This document shows, in pieces, positions 29,162-39,030 of a stretch of DNA of 64,000 nucleotides; the first letter of the stretch is position 1, and each line of letters begins with the position of its first letter. Position numbers and translations under genes: made by a program. The stretch spans positions 288,001-352,000 of the forward strand of contig OY764159.1 in NCBI GenBank assembly GCA_963668175.1. Reading direction: 5' to 3'. The stretch comes from Syntrophales bacterium. GTDB lineage: Bacteria; Desulfobacterota; Syntrophia; Syntrophales; PHBD01. Under the pieces are notes generated by a model. The model worked only from the letters and a program-made list of their open reading frames with translations, had not been told where the DNA came from and made no database searches.

Positions 29162-29455
29162 CGATATGTTCCGTCTACCCATACCCAAATGCTCCGATCC
29201 TGTCGGTCGTTCTATCGTGACATGGCATCGTTCGGTATAATTTTTCCAAGACGAAAACCGTCGTTTCACGAATTCGCCCTTTGCTCATATCTTTGCTAGA
29301 CATCCTTCATGGGCATAAAATATCCGCAACGTATCCGCAGCAGTCTGCACCGGAACACGTCGCCCGGAAGGAACGCTGTTGACAGCCCCCGGTTCCTGTA
29401 TTATATGCAGGTAGCGTCACCATATCAATGAGTTGCTTCGGGAAGGGGTTTACCC

Positions 29456-31144
29456 ATGACGATGATCCGGGGTTCGTTTCATCTGGGTGCCTATGAAGAT
29501 CCGGTCAACGAGGCGTTTGCGAAGCTTGCTGCCGAAAGGGTTGTAGACAGGATCTTCGGCCGGGATTATTCCGTCTGGAAACCTGATCGCTGCGAAATAG
29601 CCTATCGTCTCGGCTGGCTTCGCTGTCCGCAGACGACCCTGGATCAGAAAGACCGTATACAGGCTTTTGCCGACGACATTCGCCGGGAAGGTTTTACCCG
29701 AATCCTGCTTCTGGGCATGGGGGGCTCCAGCCTGGCACCGGAAGTGTTCCAAACCGTCTTCGGCAGACGTGACGGCTATCCGCTCCTTTCCATCCTTGAC
29801 AACACCGATCCTCAGGTCATCCATGACCATGAAGTAGCCGCCGGCAAGGAAAAGACGCTGTTTATCGTTTCGACCAAATCGGGGACTACAATAGAAACCT
29901 TGTCTCTGTTCAAACACTTTTACAGCCTTTCGGCAAAGTGTCCCGGACATAGCGGGGCGGGATCGCCATTTGTAGCCATTACCGATCCGGGAAGCGCCCT
30001 TGTGGAAATGGCCAGGCAATACGGATTCAGGGAGACCTTTCTCAACGATCCGGATATCGGCGGACGATACTCAGCACTTTCGCTCGTAGGGATGGTTCCG
30101 GCGGCCCTTGTGGGTATCGATATTCAGCCTCTCCTTGAACAGGCCGGAAAGGCAATAGAAGCGGAAAAATCGGCCGGAAAAGGATTCAGCGCTTCCCGGA
30201 TGGGCGTTGCCCTTTCAGTGCTTGCCAAGGGTGGCAGGGATAAGGCGACCTTCGTTTTTTCTCCGGGACTGTCCTGCTTCGGCGATTGGCTTGAGCAACT
30301 GATTGCCGAAAGCACTGGTAAAGAAGAGAAGGGGATTCTTCCGGTTACGGGTGAACCGCTTTCCGCTCCCGATAGTTATGGCCATGACCGCCTCTTCATC
30401 GCCATCCGTTGGCACGGCGACGAAACCTGCGAAAAGGAACTTTTAGCTCTTGAAGCGGCCGCTCATCCCGTTATCCGCATTACAGTCGACGAACCCTACG
30501 ACCTGGGCAGCCATTGTTTTTTCTGGGAACTGGCGACGGCCGTTGCGGGGCAGGGCCTGGACATCAACCCCTTCGATCAGCCCGACGTCGAAGCAGCCAA
30601 GGTCCAGACGAAGAGAATCCTAGCCGAATATGAGAAACGGGGATTGTGGCCTGACGAGAAATCATTCCTGACTGGCAGCTATGCTTCATTCTACGGGAAC
30701 ACGACCGCTAATGGCCCGGAAGAGACCCTCACAGCGTTTCTGGAACAAGGCGGTGCCGGCGATTACGTCGCACTGCTGGCCTTCCTGTCCCCGTCCGGCG
30801 CCGCAGATACAGCCTTGGAAGAGATGCGGAAACGGATACGGGACCGTTTTCATCTCGCCACGACTTGCGGGTACGGCCCCCGATATCTTCATTCAACAGG
30901 GCAACTTCATAAGGGAGATTCAGGCCGTGGACTCTTTATCCTGTTTACCGCCGACAGCGCCTCCGACATCCCCATTCCGGACACGGCGGATTCGCCCACG
31001 TCGTCCATCAGCTTTGACGTCCTGAAAAAGGCCCAGGCCCTGGGCGACCTGCAGGCGCTGAGGCAGGCGGGACGGCGTGTTCTTCGTATTCATCTCCACG
31101 GCGATGCGGCCCCGTCCCTTGCGTCGATTGTCCGCTCGCTTTAA
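29456..31144 (+). CDS. pgi: Glucose-6-phosphate isomerase-like protein (type found in Tal/Pgi bifunctional enzymes, here stand-alone)
   Basis: GMGGSSL, KSGTT, IGGRYS, EQLIAESTGK, FDQPDVEAAK and GPRYLHSTGQLHKG motifs. Confidence 0.85.
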   Translation: MTMIRGSFHLGAYEDPVNEAFAKLAAERVVDRIFGRDYSVWKPDRCEIAYRLGWLRCPQTTLDQKDRIQAFADDIRREGFTRILLLGMGGSSLAPEVFQTVFGRRDGYPLLSILDNTDPQVIHDHEVAAGKEKTLFIVSTKSGTTIETLSLFKHFYSLSAKCPGHSGAGSPFVAITDPGSALVEMARQYGFRETFLNDPDIGGRYSALSLVGMVPAALVGIDIQPLLEQAGKAIEAEKSAGKGFSASRMGVALSVLAKGGRDKATFVFSPGLSCFGDWLEQLIAESTGKEEKGILPVTGEPLSAPDSYGHDRLFIAIRWHGDETCEKELLALEAAAHPVIRITVDEPYDLGSHCFFWELATAVAGQGLDINPFDQPDVEAAKVQTKRILAEYEKRGLWPDEKSFLTGSYASFYGNTTANGPEETLTAFLEQGGAGDYVALLAFLSPSGAADTALEEMRKRIRDRFHLATTCGYGPRYLHSTGQLHKGDSGRGLFILFTADSASDIPIPDTADSPTSSISFDVLKKAQALGDLQALRQAGRRVLRIHLHGDAAPSLASIVRSL

Positions 31145-32018
31145 AAGGATTTTGCCCTCCATTCGTCAGGAACACCCCTCCGACCACCAGCACCGCCCCG
31201 ACCAGGATGGACCAATCCAGCGTTTCATTGAGGATAAGCCATCCCAGGAAGACGCCGCTTACGGGAACAAAATTGATGAAGACGGCCGCCCGGGAAGGTC
31301 CGACGGATTTGATGCCTTCATAGTACCAGATGAAGCCTAAAAATGTTCCGAAGAAACCCAGGAAGAACAGTCCTGCCCAGACCCGAATGGGAAGATGGAG
31401 GACTGCCGGCCAGAACCCCTCAAAACAGGCAGGAACGAAAAGTCCTATCGCGCCGACCACGCAAGCATACGTGACGGCGATAAGCGGCGACAATTCCGCT
31501 ATCACCGTCTTGCCTATCAGCGAATAGATGACCCAGCTTGCGACGCATCCCAGGATGTAAAGCTCGCCGATGCCCAGCCTTCCGGCAAATAAATCGGACG
31601 GACGGCCGTGGGAGATGACGACCAATGCACCGAGAAGACAGAGCATTATGCCCGTCGATCTGACCATTCCCAACTTCTCCTTAAACAGGAAAGCCGAGAA
31701 CAGGGCGATGAAGACCGGATTCATGGCAATAATCAGCGATGCCCGGCTGGCAGTAATCGTCTTCAGCCCCAAGAAGAAGAATATGTTATAAGCCATAACG
31801 CCGGTCAATCCTAGAAGAATGATGGGAATCGCGTAACGACTCCCTAAAGCGGGAATGCGGCCCTCTCTTTTTACGACCAGACCAACAAGAAAAAAGGATG
31901 CAACGAGGAATCTCAGGAAGGAGGCCGAGAGAGGCGGTACATGCTCGGTCACTATGCGGGCCGCGACGAAAGTGCCCCCCCAGAAGACAGCTGTTACGAA
32001 CAACTTGAAATAGATCAT
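31008..32018 (-). CDS. DMT/EamA-family transporter
   Basis: FWGGTF, 10-TM repeat pattern, GPSRAAVFINFVPV. The 3' end overlaps pgi. Confidence 0.88.
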   Translation of the reverse strand: MIYFKLFVTAVFWGGTFVAARIVTEHVPPLSASFLRFLVASFFLVGLVVKREGRIPALGSRYAIPIILLGLTGVMAYNIFFFLGLKTITASRASLIIAMNPVFIALFSAFLFKEKLGMVRSTGIMLCLLGALVVISHGRPSDLFAGRLGIGELYILGCVASWVIYSLIGKTVIAELSPLIAVTYACVVGAIGLFVPACFEGFWPAVLHLPIRVWAGLFFLGFFGTFLGFIWYYEGIKSVGPSRAAVFINFVPVSGVFLGWLILNETLDWSILVGAVLVVGGVFLTNGGQNPFKASGQSTQGTGPHRRGDEYEEHAVPPASAPAGRPGPGPFSGRQS

Positions 32019-32163
32019 GAATTCGGCGCCTTTGGTGCAGATCGTTCATTATCGCAGTATGCAGGACCGCCGCACTCTTCGCGGCAGACGATCACTTTTA
32101 CCCGCAGGTTCCGGGGGGACGGCGTCCGGTACTCGCTTTTCGCCTCGGCAAAGAATGATATCG

Positions 32164-32925
32164 TCAAGACTTCCAACGGGAAACCAGCCGCACGATCCGG
32201 CTGAAATTGGCATTTACCACAGACTGGGGGGATTTAAGAAATGCAATTTCCTGCTTCATGATGGATTTGGGGACAAGCTCGTCCTGGGAGATCCATCCGA
32301 GATAATCCAGTGAAAACCCTAAAAATCTTTTGCAGATGGAATCGAGATGGCCGTATATTTTATCGGCTTCCTTTTCATTGGCCGTGGAGTTGACGACGAC
32401 GCTGAATGTATCCCGCCCGAAGACCTGAAACATAACCTTCACCATGGCATAGGCGTCCGTCAGGCAGGTGAGTTCTCGATTGATGATCAGGATGTTCTTT
32501 GCCGCCAGTAGGTTAAACTGCAGGACCATTTCGGATATGCCGGCGCCGGTATCCAGAAGGATTACGTCGTAGTCCTGGAAGGAGAGGATCAATTCCTTGA
32601 TGGTCTCGATCTTTTCGAACATCAGCTGGGCCATTTCCCGAACGCCGGAGCTTGCCGGTATCAGGTCGAAGCCGCCCTTGGTGCCAACGATGACCTTGCT
32701 CAGTTCGACATCGCCGAAGATGATATCTTTCATGGTATGGACGGGATTGATTCCCAGCATGACATCCATGTTGGCAAGCCCCAGATCGCAATCTACAACG
32801 AGGACCTTCTTGCCCGCCTGGACCAGTCCCGCGGCGAGGTTGACCGTCACGAATGTCTTGCCGACGCCGCCTTTCCCGCTGGTGATCGATGCTATTAGAG
32901 GTTTTTTCATCTTCTCCTCGCTCAT
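32164..32925 (-). CDS. MinD/FlhG-family ATPase
   Basis: SGKGGVGKT deviant Walker A, DCDLGLAN, DTGAGIS and TDAYA motifs. Start 32925 or 32910. Confidence 0.88.
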   Translation of the reverse strand: MSEEKMKKPLIASITSGKGGVGKTFVTVNLAAGLVQAGKKVLVVDCDLGLANMDVMLGINPVHTMKDIIFGDVELSKVIVGTKGGFDLIPASSGVREMAQLMFEKIETIKELILSFQDYDVILLDTGAGISEMVLQFNLLAAKNILIINRELTCLTDAYAMVKVMFQVFGRDTFSVVVNSTANEKEADKIYGHLDSICKRFLGFSLDYLGWISQDELVPKSIMKQEIAFLKSPQSVVNANFSRIVRLVSRWKS

Positions 32926-32964
32926 CCGTCCTTTACCGGGCATGTATGCAGTACCCGGGGCCAT

Positions 32965-33792
32965 TTACAGTTTGGTAATCGCCGACCGCTCCTCCGGGCT
33001 CAGGGCCGTTTCATCCGGGAATCTTTTCTTCACTTCTTCCGCGTAGGCGATCCTGTTCTTCCCCTCCCGTTTGGCCCGATACAGCTCTTCGTCGGCCTTC
33101 TTGAAGAACTCTTCCGGAGTCTGCCGGGACTGCGGTTCATAATCGGCCATGCCGACACTGATCGAGATTTGTTTCTTGACCTTCAATCTCATCCTGGCGA
33201 TTTCCCGGTTGACGGCAGCCTGGATACGGACGGCAATACGGACTCCTTCCGCCAGCCCCGCCGAAGGCATGATGGCCGCGAATTCGTCGCCGCCAAAGCG
33301 GCAGGCATAATCGGTGGGGCGCAGATTGTCCTGCAGGACCTTACCCATCCGGACCAGGAAACGATCTCCGGCATCGTGGCCGGCTGTATCGTTGATCAAT
33401 TTAAAATTATCGAAATCTATCATGATGAGACAACACGCATGCCCTGTGCGCCTCGTTCTTGCCATCTCCATCTTGAGCTGCATCGTGAAGAAACGCCTGT
33501 TGAAAAGGCCGGTCAGATCGTCCGTCAGGAGGAGGGAACGCAAATGGCGGTTTTCCTTTTCCATGTTCATCAATTGGCGGAGGTCGGATTTTTTAGCACC
33601 GATGACGAGAGGGACGCGTCTGTTCAGAATTTTGCGGTCTTCCTCGCTGAGATCTTCCACCAGGGCGATGAACAGTTCGGGATTCCTGTCTTTTCTGGAA
33701 CTGAGCCAGGCGGCGAAAGCGTCCGTCCGACGCAGGAGATCGTAAAAGGAGGGTCCGGAAGTTTTATTATTGTTGATTCTCTTGGCTGTCAA
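32965..33792 (-). CDS. Diguanylate cyclase (coiled-coil plus GGDEF)
   Basis: TDDLTGLFNRR, DFDNFK, I-site RPTD, RFGGDEF; TTG start. Confidence 0.9.
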   Translation of the reverse strand: MTAKRINNNKTSGPSFYDLLRRTDAFAAWLSSRKDRNPELFIALVEDLSEEDRKILNRRVPLVIGAKKSDLRQLMNMEKENRHLRSLLLTDDLTGLFNRRFFTMQLKMEMARTRRTGHACCLIMIDFDNFKLINDTAGHDAGDRFLVRMGKVLQDNLRPTDYACRFGGDEFAAIMPSAGLAEGVRIAVRIQAAVNREIARMRLKVKKQISISVGMADYEPQSRQTPEEFFKKADEELYRAKREGKNRIAYAEEVKKRFPDETALSPEERSAITKL

Positions 33793-33924
33793 TGCGACCT
33801 TCGTCGTCTCTTTTCATGGCCTGTCATGATCTGTATGCGCATCCCATCTGTCTGTTGTTATGTAACATACCCGCCCTGACGTGTGCAAGGGCGAATATCC
33901 GCGACGGCCGCTGTACCGGCAACG

Positions 33925-35625
33925 CTAGTCGCAATCGGCACCGATGGCCTTTTCGTATTCTCTGCGGAGAAGCGATTTGGCCGTACCGTAATCGATAAAA
34001 TCCCAGGGGAATATTTCGTCAGCAGGCTTCGGACGATAGACAAAGAAGTCCGGATTCATGTCGGTTTCCTTAAGTGCCCGCGTCCAATCTCCCCCGCATG
34101 CATGGACGGCCAGCAGGATTTTGGCGACCCGCCGGTCCCCCAGGGAGAGAAGGGCCTGGATATAGTTCCATTTGGGGAGATCGTGAATGACGGAGATGCT
34201 GCGGTCTTTCTTCAAGGCCTCCTTGATCTTCCGGATTCTTGTCTTGACGACCGTCGTATCTTCCAGGGGATGCCACTGAAAAGGGGTCGCCGGTTTGGGT
34301 ATGAACTGATTGATGCTGACCGTGATTTTTCGGAAACGCTTCTTTCCCGATGAAGCTTTAACAGCCTGATGCTGAACCTTCTTCACCAGCTGAACGATCA
34401 TATCGATATCGTCGTCCGTCTCCATGGGAAGCCCAACCATAAAATAGAAGCGGATCGAGAGAATGCCGGCATGGACGATGAGTTCGGCGGCATTCAGGAT
34501 ATGCGCCTCCGTGATGCCTTTGCCGAGGGAATCCCTCAATCTCTGGCTTCCTGCCTCGGGCGCCAGCGAGACGGTATCGACGCCCGATTCCTGCAGCAGG
34601 CCGACTGTCTCTTTCGTGATGCGGTCCAGGCGGAGAGAGCCGATGGACACCCGGCCGCCTTCATCCATGACGGTCCGGCACAGTCGGCCAAGCTGAGGAT
34701 GGTCTGAAACGGCCGTACCGAGCAGTCCGATTCTCTTGCCGTAACCTATCCCCTGCCGGAAAGACTCTTCCAGGGTTGCCGGTTTTCTGAATCTTGGCGG
34801 TCTGTAGATAAAACCGGCAGCACAGAAGCGGCACCCGCGACGGCACCCGCGGCTGACTTCCGTGAGGTACATGTCGCCGAATTCCGAATCGGCCGGAATA
34901 ATTTTCTGGCTGGTGGCAAAGGCATCGATGTCTTTGATCCAGCGCCGGGCGACCACCCAGGGAATCGCCGAATCGACGGGCTCGAAGCCGGCAATGGCCG
35001 CCTCTTTTCCATATGATACGGCATAGAGTCCGGGCACATAGATCCCTTCGATCGTCCGTTGAACGCGCAGGAGAGCCTCCGCCTTCGACAGGCCTTGCCG
35101 TCTGGCTTCGCCCCAGGCCTGCATGAATTCCGGCAGGACCTCTTCAGCTTCTCCGATGATGAAGAGATCGAAGAAATCGGCCAGCGGTTCCGGATTCATG
35201 GTCACGGATATGCCACCGCCGACGATGAGTGGATGGCCCTCTCCACGTTCGGAAGACTCCAGGGGAATTCTGGCCAGATCCAGTATTTTTAATATATTGG
35301 GGTAGTCGTTTTCAAAAGAAAGGGAAAAGGCGACGATGTCGAATTCATTTAAAGGACTTTGTGTCTCGATGCTGAGCAGGGGGCTCCGGACACGAAGGAG
35401 TTCTTCTTCGATGTGAACTTCCGGCAGAAAGGCCCTTTCGCACAAACCGGCCGGCTGCCTGTTGATGATGTCGTATACGGTTTGAAAGCCGAGATTGGCC
35501 ATCCCCACGCGATAAACATTCGGATAGACCAAACATACGGAAAGACCTTCTCCCCGCGCTTTCTGCTCGTAACCTTTCTCCCGGGCCAGCAATTCCCGGT
35601 GGCTTTTTTTTATGGTCCAGGACAT
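33925..35625 (-). CDS. Radical SAM protein (TIGR03960-like)
   Basis: YPN.Y..GM.NLG, CERAF, NPEPLADFFD, CRRGCRFC, APEAGSQRLR and FPWD motifs. Confidence 0.88.
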   Translation of the reverse strand: MSWTIKKSHRELLAREKGYEQKARGEGLSVCLVYPNVYRVGMANLGFQTVYDIINRQPAGLCERAFLPEVHIEEELLRVRSPLLSIETQSPLNEFDIVAFSLSFENDYPNILKILDLARIPLESSERGEGHPLIVGGGISVTMNPEPLADFFDLFIIGEAEEVLPEFMQAWGEARRQGLSKAEALLRVQRTIEGIYVPGLYAVSYGKEAAIAGFEPVDSAIPWVVARRWIKDIDAFATSQKIIPADSEFGDMYLTEVSRGCRRGCRFCAAGFIYRPPRFRKPATLEESFRQGIGYGKRIGLLGTAVSDHPQLGRLCRTVMDEGGRVSIGSLRLDRITKETVGLLQESGVDTVSLAPEAGSQRLRDSLGKGITEAHILNAAELIVHAGILSIRFYFMVGLPMETDDDIDMIVQLVKKVQHQAVKASSGKKRFRKITVSINQFIPKPATPFQWHPLEDTTVVKTRIRKIKEALKKDRSISVIHDLPKWNYIQALLSLGDRRVAKILLAVHACGGDWTRALKETDMNPDFFVYRPKPADEIFPWDFIDYGTAKSLLRREYEKAIGADCD

Positions 35626-35707
35626 AGCATCAACCGTCCGCTGCTGTCTGCATCCCTGTTTGGCGGGAACAGGCACGCATCGCGCCGACCATGTCCTGTT
35701 CCGCCGA

Positions 35708-36862
35708 TCAGTCTGCCTGTTTTCTCAAGAATGTCGGAATCTCTATATCGGCCGTATGGTCATCGATCATACCCATCTTAACGACCGTCATATTCTCCAT
35801 CTTCTCTATCGCCCTCTCTTTTCTCAAATAGGCGGGGACAGAGAGATCTTCCTTCTTGAACGACCCCATGTGGGCCACGTTTTGCGGTTTATCTTTTTTC
35901 AGCCGCTGTTCGTCGAATCCCGTGGCGATCAGGGTGATGCGGATATCGTCGCCCATCGTGTCGTCGATCACCGTTCCGAAGATAATGTTCGCGTCCTCAT
36001 GGGCTTCCGCGTGGATCAGCGAAGAAGCCTCGTTGACTTCATAAAGGGTCATATCGGGACCGCCGGTGATGTTGAGAAGAATGCCCTGAGCCCCCTGTAT
36101 CGTATTGTCTTCGAGAAGAGGCGACGAGATGGCCTTTTGCGCGGCTTCGACGGCCCGGTTCTCTCCTCTGGCTATACCGGTGCCCATGAGCGCCATGCCC
36201 ATCTGGGACATGATATTTTTCACATCGGCAAAGTCAAGGTTAATGTATCCGGGGATGATAATCAAGTCGGAGATTCCCTTGACGGCGTGATACAGGATGT
36301 CGTCCGCCTTCTTGAAGGCATCCAGGAGGGACAGGCTCCGTCCGCCGATGCTCATCAGTCTTTGATTGGGAATGACGATCAGCGTGTCGACGATTTTTTT
36401 CATTTCGATCACGCCGTCTTCCGCCTGCTGATTTCTCCGCTTCCCTTCAAACTGGAAAGGCTTGGTCACGACGCCGACCGTCAGCGCCCCGACCTCTTTG
36501 GCGATTTCCGCAACGATAGGAGCGCCCCCCGTGCCTGTCCCGCCTCCCAGGCCGGCGGTGATGAAGACCATATCGGCGCCTTCCAGATGGGACAGCAGGA
36601 TATCCCGGGTTTCGATGGTTGCTTTCTTCCCGATTTCGGGGTTGGCGCCAGCGCCGAGCCCTTTGGTCGTCTCGAGACCAAGCTGGAGCTTGACGGGTGC
36701 CGAGGAGGCCCCCAGCGCCTGGGCGTCCGTGTTGGCGGCAATGAAATCAACGCCCACCAGATTATAGGAAATCATGGTGTTCAAGGCATTGCCCCCGCCG
36801 CCTCCTATGCCGATTACCTTGATTTTTGCCGTTGTGTTGCCGATGTCTGATAATTCGAACAT
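35708..36862 (-). CDS. ftsZ: Cell division protein FtsZ
   Basis: GGGGGNA, GGGTGTG, NLDFAD and C-terminal IPTFLRKQAD. Confidence 0.98.
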   Translation of the reverse strand: MFELSDIGNTTAKIKVIGIGGGGGNALNTMISYNLVGVDFIAANTDAQALGASSAPVKLQLGLETTKGLGAGANPEIGKKATIETRDILLSHLEGADMVFITAGLGGGTGTGGAPIVAEIAKEVGALTVGVVTKPFQFEGKRRNQQAEDGVIEMKKIVDTLIVIPNQRLMSIGGRSLSLLDAFKKADDILYHAVKGISDLIIIPGYINLDFADVKNIMSQMGMALMGTGIARGENRAVEAAQKAISSPLLEDNTIQGAQGILLNITGGPDMTLYEVNEASSLIHAEAHEDANIIFGTVIDDTMGDDIRITLIATGFDEQRLKKDKPQNVAHMGSFKKEDLSVPAYLRKERAIEKMENMTVVKMGMIDDHTADIEIPTFLRKQAD

Positions 36863-36877
36863 AATTAGACCTCCCCT

Positions 36878-38107
36878 TTAGAAAAATTCTAAGAACCATT
36901 GCTTAACTTTTTTTGTCAGCCGATTGGACACGGAACGTTCCGCCTTGCTGCTGCGGTCCGACGTGTTCTTCCTGTTTCCGTATACAACCAGACCCACGGC
37001 GGCAGCATACATAGGACTGTTGACGATATCGGTCAGGCCTCCCACGCCGGTGGGACTTCCTCTCCTGACCGGCATATGAAAGATCCTTTCCGTTAATTCC
37101 ACAATACCTTCGATGATGGCCGTTCCTCCGGTCAGCACAATGCCGGCCGCCAGGAGATCGTCGAATCCTGAACGGACAATCTCCTTGTGGGCCATCGAAA
37201 TGATCTCCTCCATACGGGCCTCGATGATCCGGCAAAGGATCTGGCGGGAGACTTCCCGGGGGTCCCGTCCTCCCACGCTCGATACCTCGATAGTCTCATC
37301 CCGGGCGATCAGCGGGCCGTAAGCGCAGCCATATTTGATCTTCAATTTCTCCGCTTCGGCAACGGGCGTTCTTAAACCCGTGGCGATGTCGTTCGTCAGG
37401 TAATTGCCTCCGACGGGAATCACTGCCGTATGTTGAATGCTGCCGTTGGCAAAAACGGCGATATCCGTCGTTCCGCCGCCGATGTCTATGAGGGCCACGC
37501 CCAGGTCTTTCTCGTCGTCGCTCAGTACGGCGTCGCTCGTGGCAAGCTGCTGGAGAATGACGTCGTTGATGTCGAGACCGACCCGGTTGACGGACTTGAT
37601 GATATTCTGAATCGAGGTGACGGAACCGGTAACGATGTGGACCTTGGCTTCAAGACGGACGCCGGACATCCCCACGGGAACCTTGATGCCGTCCTGATCG
37701 TCGACGATGAAGTTCTGCGGCAGGACATGGAGTATCTCCCGGTCAAGCGGGATGGCAATGGCTTTGGCTGCGTCAACGGCCCTCTGCACATCCTCTTCAT
37801 CGACTTCGCGGCCTTTAACGGCTACGATCCCCAAGCTGTTCTGTCCCTGGATGTGCCCGCCGGCAACTCCCGCGTAAACGGAGCTGATCTCGCACCCCGA
37901 CATATGTTCGGCTTCTTCAACGGCCCTTTTAATGGCGTTGACCGTACTTTCGATATTGACAACAACACCCTTTCTTAAGCCCTGTGAGGGATGGGAACCG
38001 ATACCTATGATATCGACGCCGGCGTCCGTTATCTCTCCCACGACGACGCATGTCTTGGTCGTTCCAACATCGAGACCTACAATCAGTCTGCTTTTTTTCT
38101 TTGCCAT
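36878..38107 (-). CDS. ftsA: Cell division protein FtsA
   Basis: GLDVGTTK, DIGGGTTD and VLTGG motifs; position in dcw. Confidence 0.97.
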   Translation of the reverse strand: MAKKKSRLIVGLDVGTTKTCVVVGEITDAGVDIIGIGSHPSQGLRKGVVVNIESTVNAIKRAVEEAEHMSGCEISSVYAGVAGGHIQGQNSLGIVAVKGREVDEEDVQRAVDAAKAIAIPLDREILHVLPQNFIVDDQDGIKVPVGMSGVRLEAKVHIVTGSVTSIQNIIKSVNRVGLDINDVILQQLATSDAVLSDDEKDLGVALIDIGGGTTDIAVFANGSIQHTAVIPVGGNYLTNDIATGLRTPVAEAEKLKIKYGCAYGPLIARDETIEVSSVGGRDPREVSRQILCRIIEARMEEIISMAHKEIVRSGFDDLLAAGIVLTGGTAIIEGIVELTERIFHMPVRRGSPTGVGGLTDIVNSPMYAAAVGLVVYGNRKNTSDRSSKAERSVSNRLTKKVKQWFLEFF

Positions 38108-38175
38108 CGACTTACCCCCGTATCCGCCGCCGGATATCCATCCAACCGCAACCGGCCGACAGTTTTTCCGGCCCC

Positions 38176-39030
38176 CTAAATCCTATGTCCTTTCTTCGAT
38201 TCCGCAGATTCTGCGGCTATAGATACATTTTTCCATTTCACCGTTACCTTTTCAGGGTCGCTGAGATCTATATTGGAGTATGCCAGTTTGAAATTCTTGG
38301 CCTCCAGATCCGCGATCACGGCATTCAATCGGGACAGCTTGTTTTCAAATCCGTCAAAACCAAGATGGAGACAAATGCCTTTATCCGTAAAAACCGAAAC
38401 GCCCAGGGTATCGCTGTTATGTACCTCCGATATGTTGCTGGCCTGCGGAAATGTTTTCGAGGCAGCCGCATACTTCAAAAGATCCATGGTCTTCTTAAGG
38501 ATTTGCGTGTTATCTTTGTTTTCGCTCTGATAACCCGTTAACACTGGCAGGTCCGCCTCATCGGCCGTCTCGACCTTTTTGATGGGGTTACCTTCCGTAT
38601 CCATGAGAAAGAACCCCTCTTCCTTCTTGATGACCGCCAGCGCTTTTTTCTCGCGAATTTCGATAATCAGCCGGCTCGGAAGCTCACGGCTGACCGTTAC
38701 ATCTTTGATCCACGGGTTCTCTCTGATCTTATTGGAAGTAACACGTACATTCACCGCAAGAAGACTTTGCGGCGATCTGAGCGAAGCAAGCGAGAGTACG
38801 TCCTTCTCCGTAACTTCCTTGCAGCCGCGGACGACCGTCTCCTTGATCCAGAAATAGGGCGAACTGATCAGGATGTTCGCTCCGTAAATCAGGACGGCCC
38901 CGACCAGGGATATGGCGGCAACCAGCATGGTTGCCCTGAATACATCCCGGGAAATATTTCCGGCCCTCCTTCTGAGGCGGCTTTTTACAGTCAGGAACCG
39001 CGCCCGCATCGATCTCTTCATAAAGCTCAC
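38176..39030 (-). CDS. ftsQ: Cell division protein FtsQ
   Basis: Basic N-terminus, single TM, POTRA-like NPWIKDVTVSRELP; position in dcw. Confidence 0.88.
   Translation of the reverse strand: MSFMKRSMRARFLTVKSRLRRRAGNISRDVFRATMLVAAISLVGAVLIYGANILISSPYFWIKETVVRGCKEVTEKDVLSLASLRSPQSLLAVNVRVTSNKIRENPWIKDVTVSRELPSRLIIEIREKKALAVIKKEEGFFLMDTEGNPIKKVETADEADLPVLTGYQSENKDNTQILKKTMDLLKYAAASKTFPQASNISEVHNSDTLGVSVFTDKGICLHLGFDGFENKLSRLNAVIADLEAKNFKLAYSNIDLSDPEKVTVKWKNVSIAAESAESKKGHRI

Noticed and set aside
33850..33875. TTATGTAAC resembling the XerD arm of a dif site
   Set aside because: There is no matching XerC arm at the correct 6-bp spacing.
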